Of a stretch of 64,000 nt of DNA, positions 28,402 to 38,819 are shown piece after piece (positions within the stretch are counted from its first letter, which is position 1; every line of letters begins with the position of its first letter). The position numbers were made by a program, and so were the translations under genes. Under the pieces are notes generated by a model. That model was not told where the DNA came from and ran no database searches. It saw nothing but the letters and a program-made list of their open reading frames with translations. Location of the stretch: NCBI GenBank assembly GCA_963707915.1, contig OY970178.1, positions 3,559,635 to 3,623,634 on the forward strand, given 5' to 3'. This DNA comes from Candidatus Eiseniibacteriota bacterium (GTDB lineage: Bacteria > Eisenbacteria > RBG-16-71-46).

Positions 28402-30544
28402 ATGAGTCCGAGCCAGCAGGAAGGACAGGGAGCCGGGCCGCGGAAGCTGCACCCGGCGGCCTACCGGGAGCTGCAGCCCGGCGAGACCTACGAGCCGTAC
28501 GTGCCGGCCACCGCGGCGGTCCCCGAGTTCACCGCGCGGTCGGTGATCATCGGCATCATCATGGTGATCGTCTTCGCCGTGGCCTCGACCTACTCGGGCC
28601 TCAAGGTCGCGCAGGTGATGGAGGCGGCGATCCCCATCAGCATCCTGGCGGTCGGCGTCTCGGGCCTGTTCAAGCGCAAGAACACGCATCCTCGAGAACG
28701 TCATCATCCAGAGCATCGGCGGCGCCTCGGGGCTGATCGTGGCCGGCTCGATCTTCACGCTCCCCGCGCTCTACATCATGAACGTGGCGCCGGGCACCCT
28801 GTCGATGCTGCTCACCATCTTCATCGTCTCGGTGCTGGGCGCGTCCCTCGGCCTGCTCTTCCTGATCCCGCTGCGGCGCTACTTCGTCGCCGAGCAGCAC
28901 GGCAAGCTGCCCTTCCCCGAGGCCACCGCGATCAACGAGGTCTACGTCACCGGCGAGAAGGGCGGCGAGCAGGCCAAGACGCTGGTGGTCGCCGCCTGCG
29001 TCGGCGGCGTCTACGACTTCCTGGCCGTCACGCTGCGGGCCTGGAACGAGATCGTGAACTTCCGCTTCGTGCCGCTGATGGAGGACCTGGCCACCAAGTT
29101 CAAGGCCACCATCAGCGTCAACGCCGTGAGCCTGATCCTGGGGCTCGGCTACATCACCGGGCTGCGCTTCTCGGCGATCATCTGCGCGGGCGGCTTCTTC
29201 TCCGCCCTGATCGTGGTGCCGCTGGTCTACCACTTCGGCCAGCACATCCCGGCACTCACGATCCCGCCGGCCCCGCTGCCGGGGATCCCGGACTTCGTGC
29301 CGGACATGAACGCGAACCAGATCTTCCGCCTCTACGCCCAGCGCATCGGCGTGGGCGCCATGGCGGGGGCGGGCATCATCGGCATCATCCGCGCGCTGCC
29401 CACGATCGTCAGCGCCTTCTCGCTCGGCTTCAAGCAGGTCTTCCATCCCCACGCCGCCGGCGACCACGCCCCGCGCACCGACCGCGACCTCAAGATGAGC
29501 ACGGTGCTGGGCGGGATCGTGCTGAGCGCCCTGGCGATCGGGCTGTTCTTCTACTTCCTGCTGAGCAAGGGCGACCCCGCGGTGGCCGCGAAGGCCCCGC
29601 AGATCGCGCTGACCGGCCTGGTGATCGCCTTCGTGTTCGCCTTCCTGTTCACCACCGTCGCGGCGCTGGCCACGGCGATGACCGGCAACAACCCGATCTC
29701 CGGCATGACGCTGGTGACGCTCATCATCGGCTCGAGCGCGCTGGTCGCGGTCGGTCTGCAGGGCGAGTTCGGCAAGTACGCCGCGATCGTGATGGGCGCG
29801 GTGGTCTGCACCTCGCTGTCCATGGCGGGCGGGTTCGTCACCGACCTCAAGGTGGGCTACTGGCTGGGCTCCACGCCGCGCTACCAGGAGCTGTCCAAGG
29901 TGATCGGCACGCTGTTCGCCGCCGTGGGCGTCGCGTTGACGGTGCTGCTCATCCACCGCGCCTACGGCCATACGGACCCGGCGACGGGCCAGTTCATCTC
30001 GGGCTTCATGGACACGCAGCGGGTGCCGGCGCCGCAGGCCAACCTGTTCGCGACCATCCTTTCGGGCATCTTCGACAAGGCGCCGGTCACCTGGCTGCTC
30101 TACGCGGTCGGCCTGGTGCTGTCCATCCTGCTGGTGATGATGGGCATCCCGCCGCTCGCCTTCGCGATCGGCATGTACCTGCCGCTCGCGATCAACACCC
30201 CGCTGTTCATCGGCGGGCTGATCTCGCACTGGGTCGGCAAGTCCAGCAAGGACCCGAAGGTCTCCGAGGCCCGCTCGAACCGCGGCACGCTGCTGGCCAG
30301 CGGGTTCATCGCCGGCGGGGCGCTCGCCGGCGTGCTCGGCGCGGTGCTGAACCTCGTCAAGACCAGCATCCCCGACCCCGAGCTGCCGGGCGATTACCTG
30401 TCGCTGGCCAAGGCCATCGAGCTGCCGACCTGGCTGCACTTCAGCCCGGACATCCCGCTGGCCCAGATCATCTCGATCGTGATGTTCGTCGGGCTCGCGC
30501 TGTTCCTGTACTTCGACTCGCGGCGCGCGAAGGCTTCCGAGTAG
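28402..30544 (+). CDS. Oligopeptide transporter, OPT/YSL family (+1 frameshift at ~28687)
   Basis: YVPA..EFTARS, YSGLKVAQVMEAAIPISI, then in the +1 frame ILENVIIQSIGG..IFTLPAL, LPFPEATA, NPISGM, DLKVGYWLG, PAPQA, IGMYLP. Confidence 0.88.
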
Positions 30545-30796
30545 CGCCCGGGCTCACGGTCGTGGCGACGCCCGCGCGGGAGACCGCGCGGGCGTCGTCG
30601 TGTCCGTGCCGGCCGCGCACGCCGCGGCGGCCCGTGACCTGGTCACCCGCGCCGTCCCCGCGGCGTGCCCGAGCGGGGGGCGGCGGGGCTTGCACGATCC
30701 GGAGGGCGGCTAGGTACGGACACGCTCGCCCTCCGGACCGTCTCTGCGCCCCGCCGCGTGCCCGCGCGGGGGGACGGCGGGGTCTCGGCCGGGGGT

Positions 30797-31291
30797 CTAT
30801 GTGTCCTTCGTGCCTTCGAAGCGCCCGGTCGCGCGATTCTTCCTGACGTCGTCCCAGTCGAAGCATCGCCCGTTCATGACGACGTAGACGCCGTGCGGGA
30901 GGGTCTGCACGAAGGCGAGGGCGCTGCCGAGGTTGAAGAGCCCGTCGGAGCTGCCGAAGGTGTAGGGCACCATGGCGCCGGTCAGCACGATGGTCTTGTC
31001 CCGGATGCGCTCGCCGAGGTAGCGGGCGGTCTCGGGCATGGTGTCGGTGCCGTGGCTGATGACGATTCGCTCCTCGAGCGACTCGGCGCAGCTCCTGAGG
31101 ATCACCTCGCGGTCCAGCTCGCTCATGTCGAGGCTGTCGATCATCATCAGCGTGCGCAGCTCGGGATCCAGGCTGCAGCGGCCCAGGCGGAGCATCTCGC
31201 GGAGATGGGTGTCCTTGAAGAACAGGGCCCCGGTGAGCTCGTCGTATTCCTTGTCGAACGTGCCGCCGGTGACGAGGAAGCGGATCTTCAT
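30797..31291 (-). CDS. Asparaginase N-terminal-domain-only protein
   Basis: VTGGTFDKEY, IDSLDM, SHGTDTM, VLTGAMVP, SDGLFNLG; 164 aa; GGAGG SD. Confidence 0.88.
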   Translation of the reverse strand: MKIRFLVTGGTFDKEYDELTGALFFKDTHLREMLRLGRCSLDPELRTLMMIDSLDMSELDREVILRSCAESLEERIVISHGTDTMPETARYLGERIRDKTIVLTGAMVPYTFGSSDGLFNLGSALAFVQTLPHGVYVVMNGRCFDWDDVRKNRATGRFEGTKDT

Positions 31292-31507
31292 GGCTCGGAC
31301 CTCCTTCGTGGGATACCCTCGTAGCGGCCGCCGGGCGCCCCTGTCAAGCGGCGGACGGCGCGAGGTCCGGTTGCGACGGGGCCGTCCGCGGTGGCAGACT
31401 GCCGACCGGGAAGCGCCCTCCCGCGGGAGGGTGCTTCCGTCCTGGCGCAGGCCCCAAGTGACGCGACTGCAGTCATCCCCCATCGATCGCTCGGGCTGGA
31501 GGTTGAG

Positions 31508-32239
31508 GTGGCAGGGAAGGTCGAGCTCTTCGGCGTGCCGGTCGATCTGCTGACGATCGATGAGACCGTGGTGCGCTGCGAGGAGTTGATCGAGCAGCGG
31601 CGACCCGTGCAGCACGCCTTCATCAACGCGGCCGAGACCGTGATGATGGAGGACGTCCCGGGGTTCCGCGAGACGCTTGCCGCCTGCGACATCGTGAACG
31701 CGGACGGCCAGTCGATCGTCTGGGCGGCGCGGCTCCTGGGGGTGCCCCTGTCGGGGCGCGTGGCCGGTCCCGACCTGATGGACCGGCTCATCGACCTCGC
31801 GGAGCGCAAGGGCTATCCGGTGTATTTCCTCGGGGCCAAGGCCGACGTGCTGGTGGACTTCGAGGCCGCGGTGATGAAGTCGCATCCGCGGCTCGTGGTC
31901 GCCGGGCGGCACCACGGCTACTTCGACGACGACCAGGCGGTCGCCGACGACGTCCGCCGGTCCGGCGCCCGCCTCCTCTTCGTCGCGATCTCCAGCCCCC
32001 GCAAGGAATTCTTCCTGTCGCGGAACCTCGACCGGATCGGTCCGCTCTTCGCGATGGGCGTCGGCGGCAGCTTCGACCTGCTGGCGGGCCGGTTGCGTCG
32101 CGCCCCCCGCTGGATGCAGGACGCCGGGCTGGAGTGGCTCTTCCGCCTGATCCAGGAACCCCGCCGGATGTGGAAGCGCTACCTCATCGGCAACGCGAGG
32201 TTCCTCGGACTCACGCTCAGGGCATGGCGACGCAAGTAG
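31508..32239 (+). CDS. WecB/TagA/CpsF family glycosyltransferase (GT26)
   Basis: NADGQSIVWA, RVAGPDLM, HHGYF, SSPRKE, GVGGSFD, RAPRWMQ..GLEWLFRL.QEPRRMWKRY. Confidence 0.92.
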   Translation: MAGKVELFGVPVDLLTIDETVVRCEELIEQRRPVQHAFINAAETVMMEDVPGFRETLAACDIVNADGQSIVWAARLLGVPLSGRVAGPDLMDRLIDLAERKGYPVYFLGAKADVLVDFEAAVMKSHPRLVVAGRHHGYFDDDQAVADDVRRSGARLLFVAISSPRKEFFLSRNLDRIGPLFAMGVGGSFDLLAGRLRRAPRWMQDAGLEWLFRLIQEPRRMWKRYLIGNARFLGLTLRAWRRK

Positions 32240-33357
32240 CCCGGCCCGGCCCGGGATCCGGACGCGTGATCGTGGTGACTCCGGCCCTCGACGCGAAGGG
32301 CGGGATATCGAGGGTGAACGCCCTCTACGGGCGGGCCGGGCTCTTCGGGACTCACGCGGACGGCCTGGAAGTCAGGCTCCATCCCTCGACCATCGACGGC
32401 GGGCCGGTGGCGAAACTGGCGTTCTCGGCCTGGCAGCTGTTTCGTTTCGCGCTCGCGCCGCTGCCGCCCCGCACCATCGTGCACCTGCATGTCTCCTGGC
32501 ACGCCAGCTTCTGGCGGAAGATGGCCTACGCTTGGTTCTCATGGTGGAAGGGCGCCCGGGTCCTTCTGCACGTCCACCCGACCTACTTCATGGACTTCTA
32601 CGAAGGCAGCGATCCCCTCCGCCGGAAGGCCATCCGGGCCACGCTGCAGCGCTGCCGGGCGCTGATGGTGCTGAGCGAGGAGATGGCCGCGAGCCTCGCC
32701 GCTCTCGCTCCGGGCTGCGCGATGTACGTCATGCCCAACCCGGTGGACCTCGATGAGTTCGGCGCGGAGCCGCTGCCGGCGCGCGAGCCGGCCACCGTGG
32801 TCTTCCTGGGCTGGTTCGTCCCGGGCAAGGGTGCCTACGACCTGCTCGAGGCGCTCGCGCGCCTGAAGGGCCGCCGGCCCGGCCTGCGGGCGGTGTTCGG
32901 TGGCTACAAGCTGGAGGAGCAGCTTCGCGAGCGGGTCCGCCGGCTCGACCTGGCCGGGACGGTCGAAGTGGCCGGCTGGTGCGGGCGCGAAGACGTCATC
33001 CGGCTCCTGCGCGCCTGCACGATGTTCGCGCTGCCCACCTACTCCGAGGGGATCCCGATGGCCTTGCTGGAGGCGATGGCCTGCGGCGCCCCGATCGTGA
33101 CCTGCCCGGTGGGCGGGATCCCCGCCGTGGCCCGCGACGGCCGCAACGCGCTGTTCGTGCGGCCGGGCGACGTCGAGGGCCTGGCTGCCGCGCTCGAGCG
33201 GCTGCTGGACGACTCGGCGTTGCGCGACGCCATGTCGCGGGCGAACCGCGAGGACGTCCGGCGCTACGACGTGCGGAGCATGCTGGCCGAGTTGCTCGCG
33301 ACCTACCGCGAACTCGCGGGGACCGGCGGCGTCGAACCGCCGGGCCCGCGCGGCTAG
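32224..33357 (+). CDS. Glycosyltransferase family 4
   Basis: KGGI, KGAYDLLEA, LPTYSEGIPMALLEAMACG (EX7E), VGGIP; start could alternatively be GTG 32266. Confidence 0.9.
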   Translation: MATQVARPGPGSGRVIVVTPALDAKGGISRVNALYGRAGLFGTHADGLEVRLHPSTIDGGPVAKLAFSAWQLFRFALAPLPPRTIVHLHVSWHASFWRKMAYAWFSWWKGARVLLHVHPTYFMDFYEGSDPLRRKAIRATLQRCRALMVLSEEMAASLAALAPGCAMYVMPNPVDLDEFGAEPLPAREPATVVFLGWFVPGKGAYDLLEALARLKGRRPGLRAVFGGYKLEEQLRERVRRLDLAGTVEVAGWCGREDVIRLLRACTMFALPTYSEGIPMALLEAMACGAPIVTCPVGGIPAVARDGRNALFVRPGDVEGLAAALERLLDDSALRDAMSRANREDVRRYDVRSMLAELLATYRELAGTGGVEPPGPRG

Positions 33358-33485
33358 AAGCCTCTCCGAGCAGTGCTCGCGGTGAACATCCGACCTTCAC
33401 GGATGCACCAGGAGCGACGACCTCGAATCGTCCTGAGCGCTCTCCTGGCAGGAATCGACTTCATTCCCAACACCTCGACCGGCTC

Positions 33486-34697
33486 CTAGCGCAGCACGAC
33501 GCGCGCGGTGGCCTGCCGGCCCGGCATCCGGGCGCGCACGAAGTACGCGCCGGGCGCCGCCCGGTGGCCCGCGCCGGTCCGGCCCGACCACGTGAGCATC
33601 CGGTGGCCGGGTCGGGCGCCGCCCTGATCGAGCGTGGCGACGCGCCGCCCCTGGGCGTCCAGCACGTCCACCGCCAGTTCGCCCTCGACCGGGACGTCCA
33701 GCGAGAGGCTCACTGCGCCCCGCGTCGGGTTGGGGGCCGGTGGCGCGAAGCGCAGTCGCTCCGGGGCGGGCTCGCCGGGAACGGCCAGCGGGACGGACGG
33801 CACCAGCAGCAGGTCGTCCATCACGTGCCCCGTCGCGTAGGGCACGGCGAATCCGAGCAGCAGGCCCACGGTCGGGACGATGTCCACGGGCTCCAGGGCG
33901 GCCGTCGAGACCAGGCCGGTCTTGAAATCCGGGCCCAGCACGAGCATCTGGACGCGCCGGCAGCCCATGCAGCCGTCGCCGTGGTTCTGGAATCCGCCGT
34001 GCGCGTCGTCGTGACGGCCGTGGTCGTTGGTGACGAACAGCGCGGTCCGTCCGGCCAGCCCGCTGTCCGCCTCGATCCGGATCCAGAGGTCGTAGACCAG
34101 CGAATCGGCGACCTGCAGCGCCCGCAGGTAGCCCGGCCAGTCGCCCGAGTGGGCGGTGATGTCCGTGTCGCCCAGGTTCATGGCGAGGATCGCCGGCCGG
34201 TCGGCGATCAGCCGCGCCTCCGCCGTCGCGACCACTCCGGCGTCGCCGGCGCAGTCCGCCTTCACCTGTGCCGCCAGGCTGTCGCCGTAGTCGGGGTGGT
34301 CGCTGTTCGACATGACGGCCAGCTTCGGCTTGTTGGAGTAGAACCAGGTCTGCGAGGCGGGGGCCCCGGTGGCGGCGCGGTAATACTCGAACACGGTCGG
34401 CAGGTGGGGGCGCTCGGTGCCGTCGTTGGCCAGCGGCTGGTAGATGCCCGAGAGGATGGCGGCGTGTCCCGGGTTCGTGCTGGTGACCCCGTTGTTCCAG
34501 CTCTCGCCGCGGCAGCCCGCGGGGGCCATCAGCAGACCCTGGCGCGGCTCGTTCGCCAGGTTCGGATCGCCGAGCGTCTCGGTGTAGCGGCCGCCGTCGA
34601 TGACGACGATCACCACGTGGCGGGTCTCGTAGGCGCGCGCGACGGTGAGCTGCGCGCTGGCCAGGAGCAGGGCGAGGACCAGAACGATGCGAGGCAC
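33486..34697 (-). CDS. Exported alkaline-phosphatase-superfamily metalloenzyme with FlgD-Ig tail
   Basis: Signal peptide; VVIVVIDGGR, TNPGHAAILSG, DTDITAH, TNDHGRH; C-terminal PNPTRG..DAQGRRV..WSG..GAYF. Confidence 0.8.
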   Translation of the reverse strand: MPRIVLVLALLLASAQLTVARAYETRHVVIVVIDGGRYTETLGDPNLANEPRQGLLMAPAGCRGESWNNGVTSTNPGHAAILSGIYQPLANDGTERPHLPTVFEYYRAATGAPASQTWFYSNKPKLAVMSNSDHPDYGDSLAAQVKADCAGDAGVVATAEARLIADRPAILAMNLGDTDITAHSGDWPGYLRALQVADSLVYDLWIRIEADSGLAGRTALFVTNDHGRHDDAHGGFQNHGDGCMGCRRVQMLVLGPDFKTGLVSTAALEPVDIVPTVGLLLGFAVPYATGHVMDDLLLVPSVPLAVPGEPAPERLRFAPPAPNPTRGAVSLSLDVPVEGELAVDVLDAQGRRVATLDQGGARPGHRMLTWSGRTGAGHRAAPGAYFVRARMPGRQATARVVLR

Positions 34698-34949
34698 GGG
34701 GTGCGTCTCCTCCGGCGGCGCGGGGCGCGGCGGGAATCCGGGGGCGCTCCACGGCATCCGGTCCCCCAGCTTCCCGCGACGACTCTACCACGCGCGAGCC
34801 CGGCCCGCGCGGTCGCTCGCCGCCGCCCCGGTGCCGGGCGAGGCCCGGGGATTCGCCGCGGGACGCGAGAAAACCGTTCCGTCTCCCGCCGGTTGCGAGT
34901 ACCCTTCCCCGGTGGGAATCCACCCACGCGCCTCCGGCGGGTGCCCGAC

Positions 34950-37142
34950 ATGGCCTCGGTTCGTCTCCTCCTCCTGCGTCTCGTGCTCGTGACCCTGGCG
35001 CTCGCCGGAGGGCTGCCGGCGTGGGGTGCGGGCGCGGCCGCGCCGGGGCGGCCGGAGGGCGACGCCCGGTCCCTGGACGGGCCAGGGGGCCACGACCTGG
35101 TCGCGCTCACGCTCGAGGTCGCTGACTCGTCGGGCCGCCTGATCCCGGTGCGGGCCCAGGTGATCGGGGCGGACGGGCACGCCTACCCGAGGACCGCCGA
35201 TCCCGAGCTCCTCAGCCACTCCAGCCTGGGCGGCTACTTCTACGTGGACGGCCGCGCGACGCTGGAGGTGCCCGCCGGGCCCGTGCGCGTGAACCTCTCG
35301 CGCGGATTCGAGTTCAGCCCGGTGAGCGTGTCCGCCACGCTGCAGGGCGACGCGACCCTGCAGGTGACGCTTGCGCGCTTCGCGGCGCTTCCGGCGCGCG
35401 GCTGGTACGGCGGCGACCTGCACGCCCACACGCGTCACGAGCCGCTGGACTACGAGCCGACGCCTGCGCAGGCGAAGCTCGTGGCCGGGGCCGAGGGGCT
35501 GTCCGTCCTTCACCTGCTGGACAACGAGTGGCAGTTCACCGGCACCCCCCACGCGCTGTCGGACAGCGCGGTCGTGCTGTACTACACCTACGAGTACCGG
35601 AACCAGACGTGCGGCCACGTCAGCCTCCCGGGGCTGCGCGGCCCGGTGGGCTGGGAGTGCTGCCTGAGCCCCGAGCCGCCGTACCCGATGATCGCGGACC
35701 TGGCCGCGCAGGTGCATGGCCAGGGTGGCGGGCTGGCCGTGTTGTCGCATCCGCACACGACGGACGACTACTCGATGCTCGACGGCTGGCCCGGCGCGGG
35801 ACTGGGCCGGGAGTTGCCCGTGTTCGCCGCGCTGGGAGCGCTCGACGCCCTCGACATCGCGTCCTACAGCAACCGTCCCGATCTCGACACCGGCGAGTGG
35901 TTCGACCTGATGTCCGCCGGTTTCGCGGTGCCCCCTTCCGCCGGCACCGATGCCGTGCTCGACCAGTACGCGCAGGCCCCGCCGGGCGGCTGGCGCGTGT
36001 ACGTGCGCGAGGCGGGTGCGGCCGGGCTCGAATATGACCGGTGGCTCGCCGCGCTCGCCGCCGGCCACAGCTTCGTCACGAGCTTCCCACTGGTCCCGGA
36101 GTTCACGGTGGGCGGGCGCGGCATGGGGGATTCGCTCGAGGTCGCGGGCGACTCGCTGGATGTGCCGGTGCACATCGAGGCGTCGTGCGCCATCGGTCTG
36201 CGAAGGGTGGCGCTGGTGGCCGACGGCCAGGATGCCTGGTCACGGCCGTTCGCGAGCCTGCCCGCGACGTTCGGCTTCGACACCACGTTCCAGGTGCGGA
36301 TGCGACGGCCGGCGTGGATGCTCCTGCGCGTGGAAGGCCCGAACTCGCATCCCGCGCTGGCCGCATCGCCGGCGGTGGCCTATACGAATGCGGTGCGCAT
36401 CCTCCACGACGGCGTGGCGGGCCGGCTCCCGGCGGCGATGGGGCGCTGCCTGGACGGCGTCGACCGGTTCGGTTCGGTGGTGGCCTCGTCCCTCGGCTGG
36501 CAGGCGTCCTGGCAGCGCGACACCGTGCTTGCGCGCATCGGCCGGGCGCGGAGCTACTACGCGCAGCCCTTCCGGGCGCCCCCGGGGGACTTCGCGCTGC
36601 TGCCGCCGCAGTTGAACCCCGCGGGGACGTTCGACCTGGCCTGGCAGTCCGCGCACGATGCCGACGCCGGTGACCGCGTGATCTACACGGTGCGCGCCGG
36701 CGAGGATTCGACGCGGATCGACGGCGTGATCGCGCAAACCACGGACACCGTGGCGACGGAGATCGAGCTCGCGCAGGGACGCTGGTACTGGTGGGCGGTC
36801 GAAGCCACGGACCGGGCGGGCAACGTCGTCCGCTCCACCCCGCCGAGCGCGCGCTTCTTCCTGGCCAGCACCGCGGACGTCCCCGCGTCGGGGCCGGAGT
36901 CGCGGCCACAGGCGCTGCCCAATCCCAGCCGGGGCGCGGTCGCGCTGCGGGGGATGGGCCCGGACGTCGCGGTCTACGACATGGCCGGTCGACGGGTCGC
37001 GGGGCCGGGGCACGGCATGACCCTTGCGGCGGGGACGCTGGTCTGGGACGGGAACGTGGGAGGACGACCGGCGCCGGCGGGCATCTACCTTGCGCGCGGC
37101 GGTTGCGGACAGCGGCTGGTGCGAATCGTGCGGCTGAAGTAG
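34950..37142 (+). CDS. Exported CehA/McbA-family (PHP-like) metallohydrolase with Fn3-like and FlgD-Ig tail
   Basis: Signal peptide; RGFEF, GWYGGDLHAH, YEYR...GH, SHP, SAGTD, GGWRVY, GHSFVT; PNPSRG..DMAGRRV..WDG..GIY. Confidence 0.8.
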   Translation: MASVRLLLLRLVLVTLALAGGLPAWGAGAAAPGRPEGDARSLDGPGGHDLVALTLEVADSSGRLIPVRAQVIGADGHAYPRTADPELLSHSSLGGYFYVDGRATLEVPAGPVRVNLSRGFEFSPVSVSATLQGDATLQVTLARFAALPARGWYGGDLHAHTRHEPLDYEPTPAQAKLVAGAEGLSVLHLLDNEWQFTGTPHALSDSAVVLYYTYEYRNQTCGHVSLPGLRGPVGWECCLSPEPPYPMIADLAAQVHGQGGGLAVLSHPHTTDDYSMLDGWPGAGLGRELPVFAALGALDALDIASYSNRPDLDTGEWFDLMSAGFAVPPSAGTDAVLDQYAQAPPGGWRVYVREAGAAGLEYDRWLAALAAGHSFVTSFPLVPEFTVGGRGMGDSLEVAGDSLDVPVHIEASCAIGLRRVALVADGQDAWSRPFASLPATFGFDTTFQVRMRRPAWMLLRVEGPNSHPALAASPAVAYTNAVRILHDGVAGRLPAAMGRCLDGVDRFGSVVASSLGWQASWQRDTVLARIGRARSYYAQPFRAPPGDFALLPPQLNPAGTFDLAWQSAHDADAGDRVIYTVRAGEDSTRIDGVIAQTTDTVATEIELAQGRWYWWAVEATDRAGNVVRSTPPSARFFLASTADVPASGPESRPQALPNPSRGAVALRGMGPDVAVYDMAGRRVAGPGHGMTLAAGTLVWDGNVGGRPAPAGIYLARGGCGQRLVRIVRLK

Positions 37143-37210
37143 CCCCCCCCGCGCTTGCCGGTCGGGGGCGGCTGGATTCCGTGGGGCGTTCAGGGCATCC
37201 TGCGCCAATC

Positions 37211-38617
37211 ATGGCCGCTCCTTCCCGCATCCCGGCGCGCGTGCGCTCTCACCACCTGTTCCCCACCTCCGACGACGCGAGGCGGCTGTGGGCGCTGGCT
37301 CTGCCGGTGGTCGTGGTCCAGTTGGGCATGATGTCGCTGGGGGTCGTGACCACCGTCATGGTGGGGCACGTCTCGGCCACCGACCTGGCCGCCGCGGCGC
37401 TGGGGAACCTGTGCTTCGTCTGGCTGTCCCTGCTGGGCTGGGGCACGCTGATGGGCCTCGACCCGATCATCTCGCAGGCGCACGGCGCGGCTGACCGCGA
37501 AGGGATCGCCCGCGGGGTCCAGCGCGGACTGGTGCTGGCGGTCGGGCTGAGCGTGCTGACCGCCCTGCTCTTCCTCCCGGCCCGGCCCGTGCTCCTCCTG
37601 CTGCGCCAGCCGGTCGACGTGGTGCCGCTCGCGGCGCGCTACATCGCGGTCTCGATCCCCGGGTTGGTCCCGTTCTTCGTCTTCCTGGTGCTGCGCCAGA
37701 GCCTGCAGGCCATGGGCCGCATGCGGGCCGTCGTGGTCACCATCCTGGGCGCGAACGCGCTCAACGCGGCGCTGGGCTGGGCGCTCGTCTTCGGGCATCT
37801 GGGCAGCCCGGCCCTGGGTGTGGTGGGCGCGGGCCTCGCCGCCACCGCGAGCCGCTTCGCGCTGGCGCTCGGGCTGTTCGCGCTGGCGTGGCGCGACCTG
37901 CGCCCGCTGCTGTCGCCGGTGCGGCGCGAGGCGCTCGACCGCGCGGCGCTCGTGCGCATGGTGCGCCTGGGCGCGCCGATCGGGCTGCAGATGCAGCTCG
38001 AGTACGGCATCTTCGCGCTGGTGGCCCTGCTGATGGGCCGGCTGGGGACGGTGCCCATGGCGGCCCACCAGATCGCCCTGACCATCGCCTCGGTCACGTT
38101 CATGGTGCCGCAGGGCATCGGCGGCGCGGCGGCGGTGCTGGTCGGCCAGGCCGTGGGCAGCGGGGACGGCTCCCGCGCGCGCCGCGCGGCGGCGGCCTCG
38201 CTCGGGGCCGGGGCGGCCTTCATGCTGCTCTGCGGCCTGGTGCTCGTCGCGCTGCCGGCGCCCCTGGCCCGGCTCTTCTCCACCGAGGCGCCGGTGGTCG
38301 CGGTGGCTGCGTTGCTGCTGCCCATCGCGGGCGTGTTCCAGGTCTTCGACGGGATCCAGGTGGTCTCGATCGGCATCCTGCGGGGGGTGGGGGACACGCG
38401 CGCCCCGGTGGTCCTCAACGCGCTGGCCTTCTGGCTGGTCGGGCTGCCGGCCAGCCTGTGGTTCGGATTCGGGCTGAAGGCCGGCGCGGCCGGGCTGTGG
38501 TGGGGCCTCGTGGTCGGCCTGGTGCTCGTCGCCGTGTCCCTGCTGGCGCGCGTGCGCCAGCGGCTGAGGCGCCCACTGACCCGGATCGTGGTGGACCGGA
38601 CCCCGGCGCCGGTCTGA
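37211..38617 (+). CDS. MATE family efflux transporter (NorM-like)
   Basis: LALPVV, MVGHV..LAAAALG, ISQAHGA, LGVVGAGLAT, MAAHQIA, FQVFDGIQVV..GILRGVGDT. Confidence 0.92.
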   Translation: MAAPSRIPARVRSHHLFPTSDDARRLWALALPVVVVQLGMMSLGVVTTVMVGHVSATDLAAAALGNLCFVWLSLLGWGTLMGLDPIISQAHGAADREGIARGVQRGLVLAVGLSVLTALLFLPARPVLLLLRQPVDVVPLAARYIAVSIPGLVPFFVFLVLRQSLQAMGRMRAVVVTILGANALNAALGWALVFGHLGSPALGVVGAGLAATASRFALALGLFALAWRDLRPLLSPVRREALDRAALVRMVRLGAPIGLQMQLEYGIFALVALLMGRLGTVPMAAHQIALTIASVTFMVPQGIGGAAAVLVGQAVGSGDGSRARRAAAASLGAGAAFMLLCGLVLVALPAPLARLFSTEAPVVAVAALLLPIAGVFQVFDGIQVVSIGILRGVGDTRAPVVLNALAFWLVGLPASLWFGFGLKAGAAGLWWGLVVGLVLVAVSLLARVRQRLRRPLTRIVVDRTPAPV

Positions 38618-38645
38618 GCTCGCGCCGCGTTCGCCTAAGTAGTGC

Positions 38646-38674
38646 TTGCGCAAGGGAATCCTGACGGCTAACCT
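38646..38674 (+). promoter_or_regulatory. Putative sigma70 promoter of the OPT-pepD operon
   Basis: TTGCGC-17nt-TAACCT, about 145 nt before ATG 38820. Confidence 0.5.
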
Positions 38675-38819
38675 GCCTCGTTCTCTGGGGAGCGCCGTCC
38701 TGGACGGGCCGCGCTTCCTGCCGTCGAAGAACGCCCCACGGGCACTGGGTCCCGTGCTCCGGGATGGACCTGGCTTGCGCCGGCCGCCTGCCGCAGCTCG
38801 TTCGTATGGAGGAGCGACA

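Noticed and set aside
26947..30846. 1299-aa MFS-OPT fusion ORF
   Set aside because: Produced by two +1 insertions. It reads through a terminator-like hairpin, promoter and SD, and becomes low-complexity nonsense after 28687.
38680..38819. Glycine-riboswitch-like fragments (CTCTGGGGAGCG..CGAAG) in the OPT leader
   Set aside because: The conserved CTCAGG 3' element and the tandem architecture are missing.
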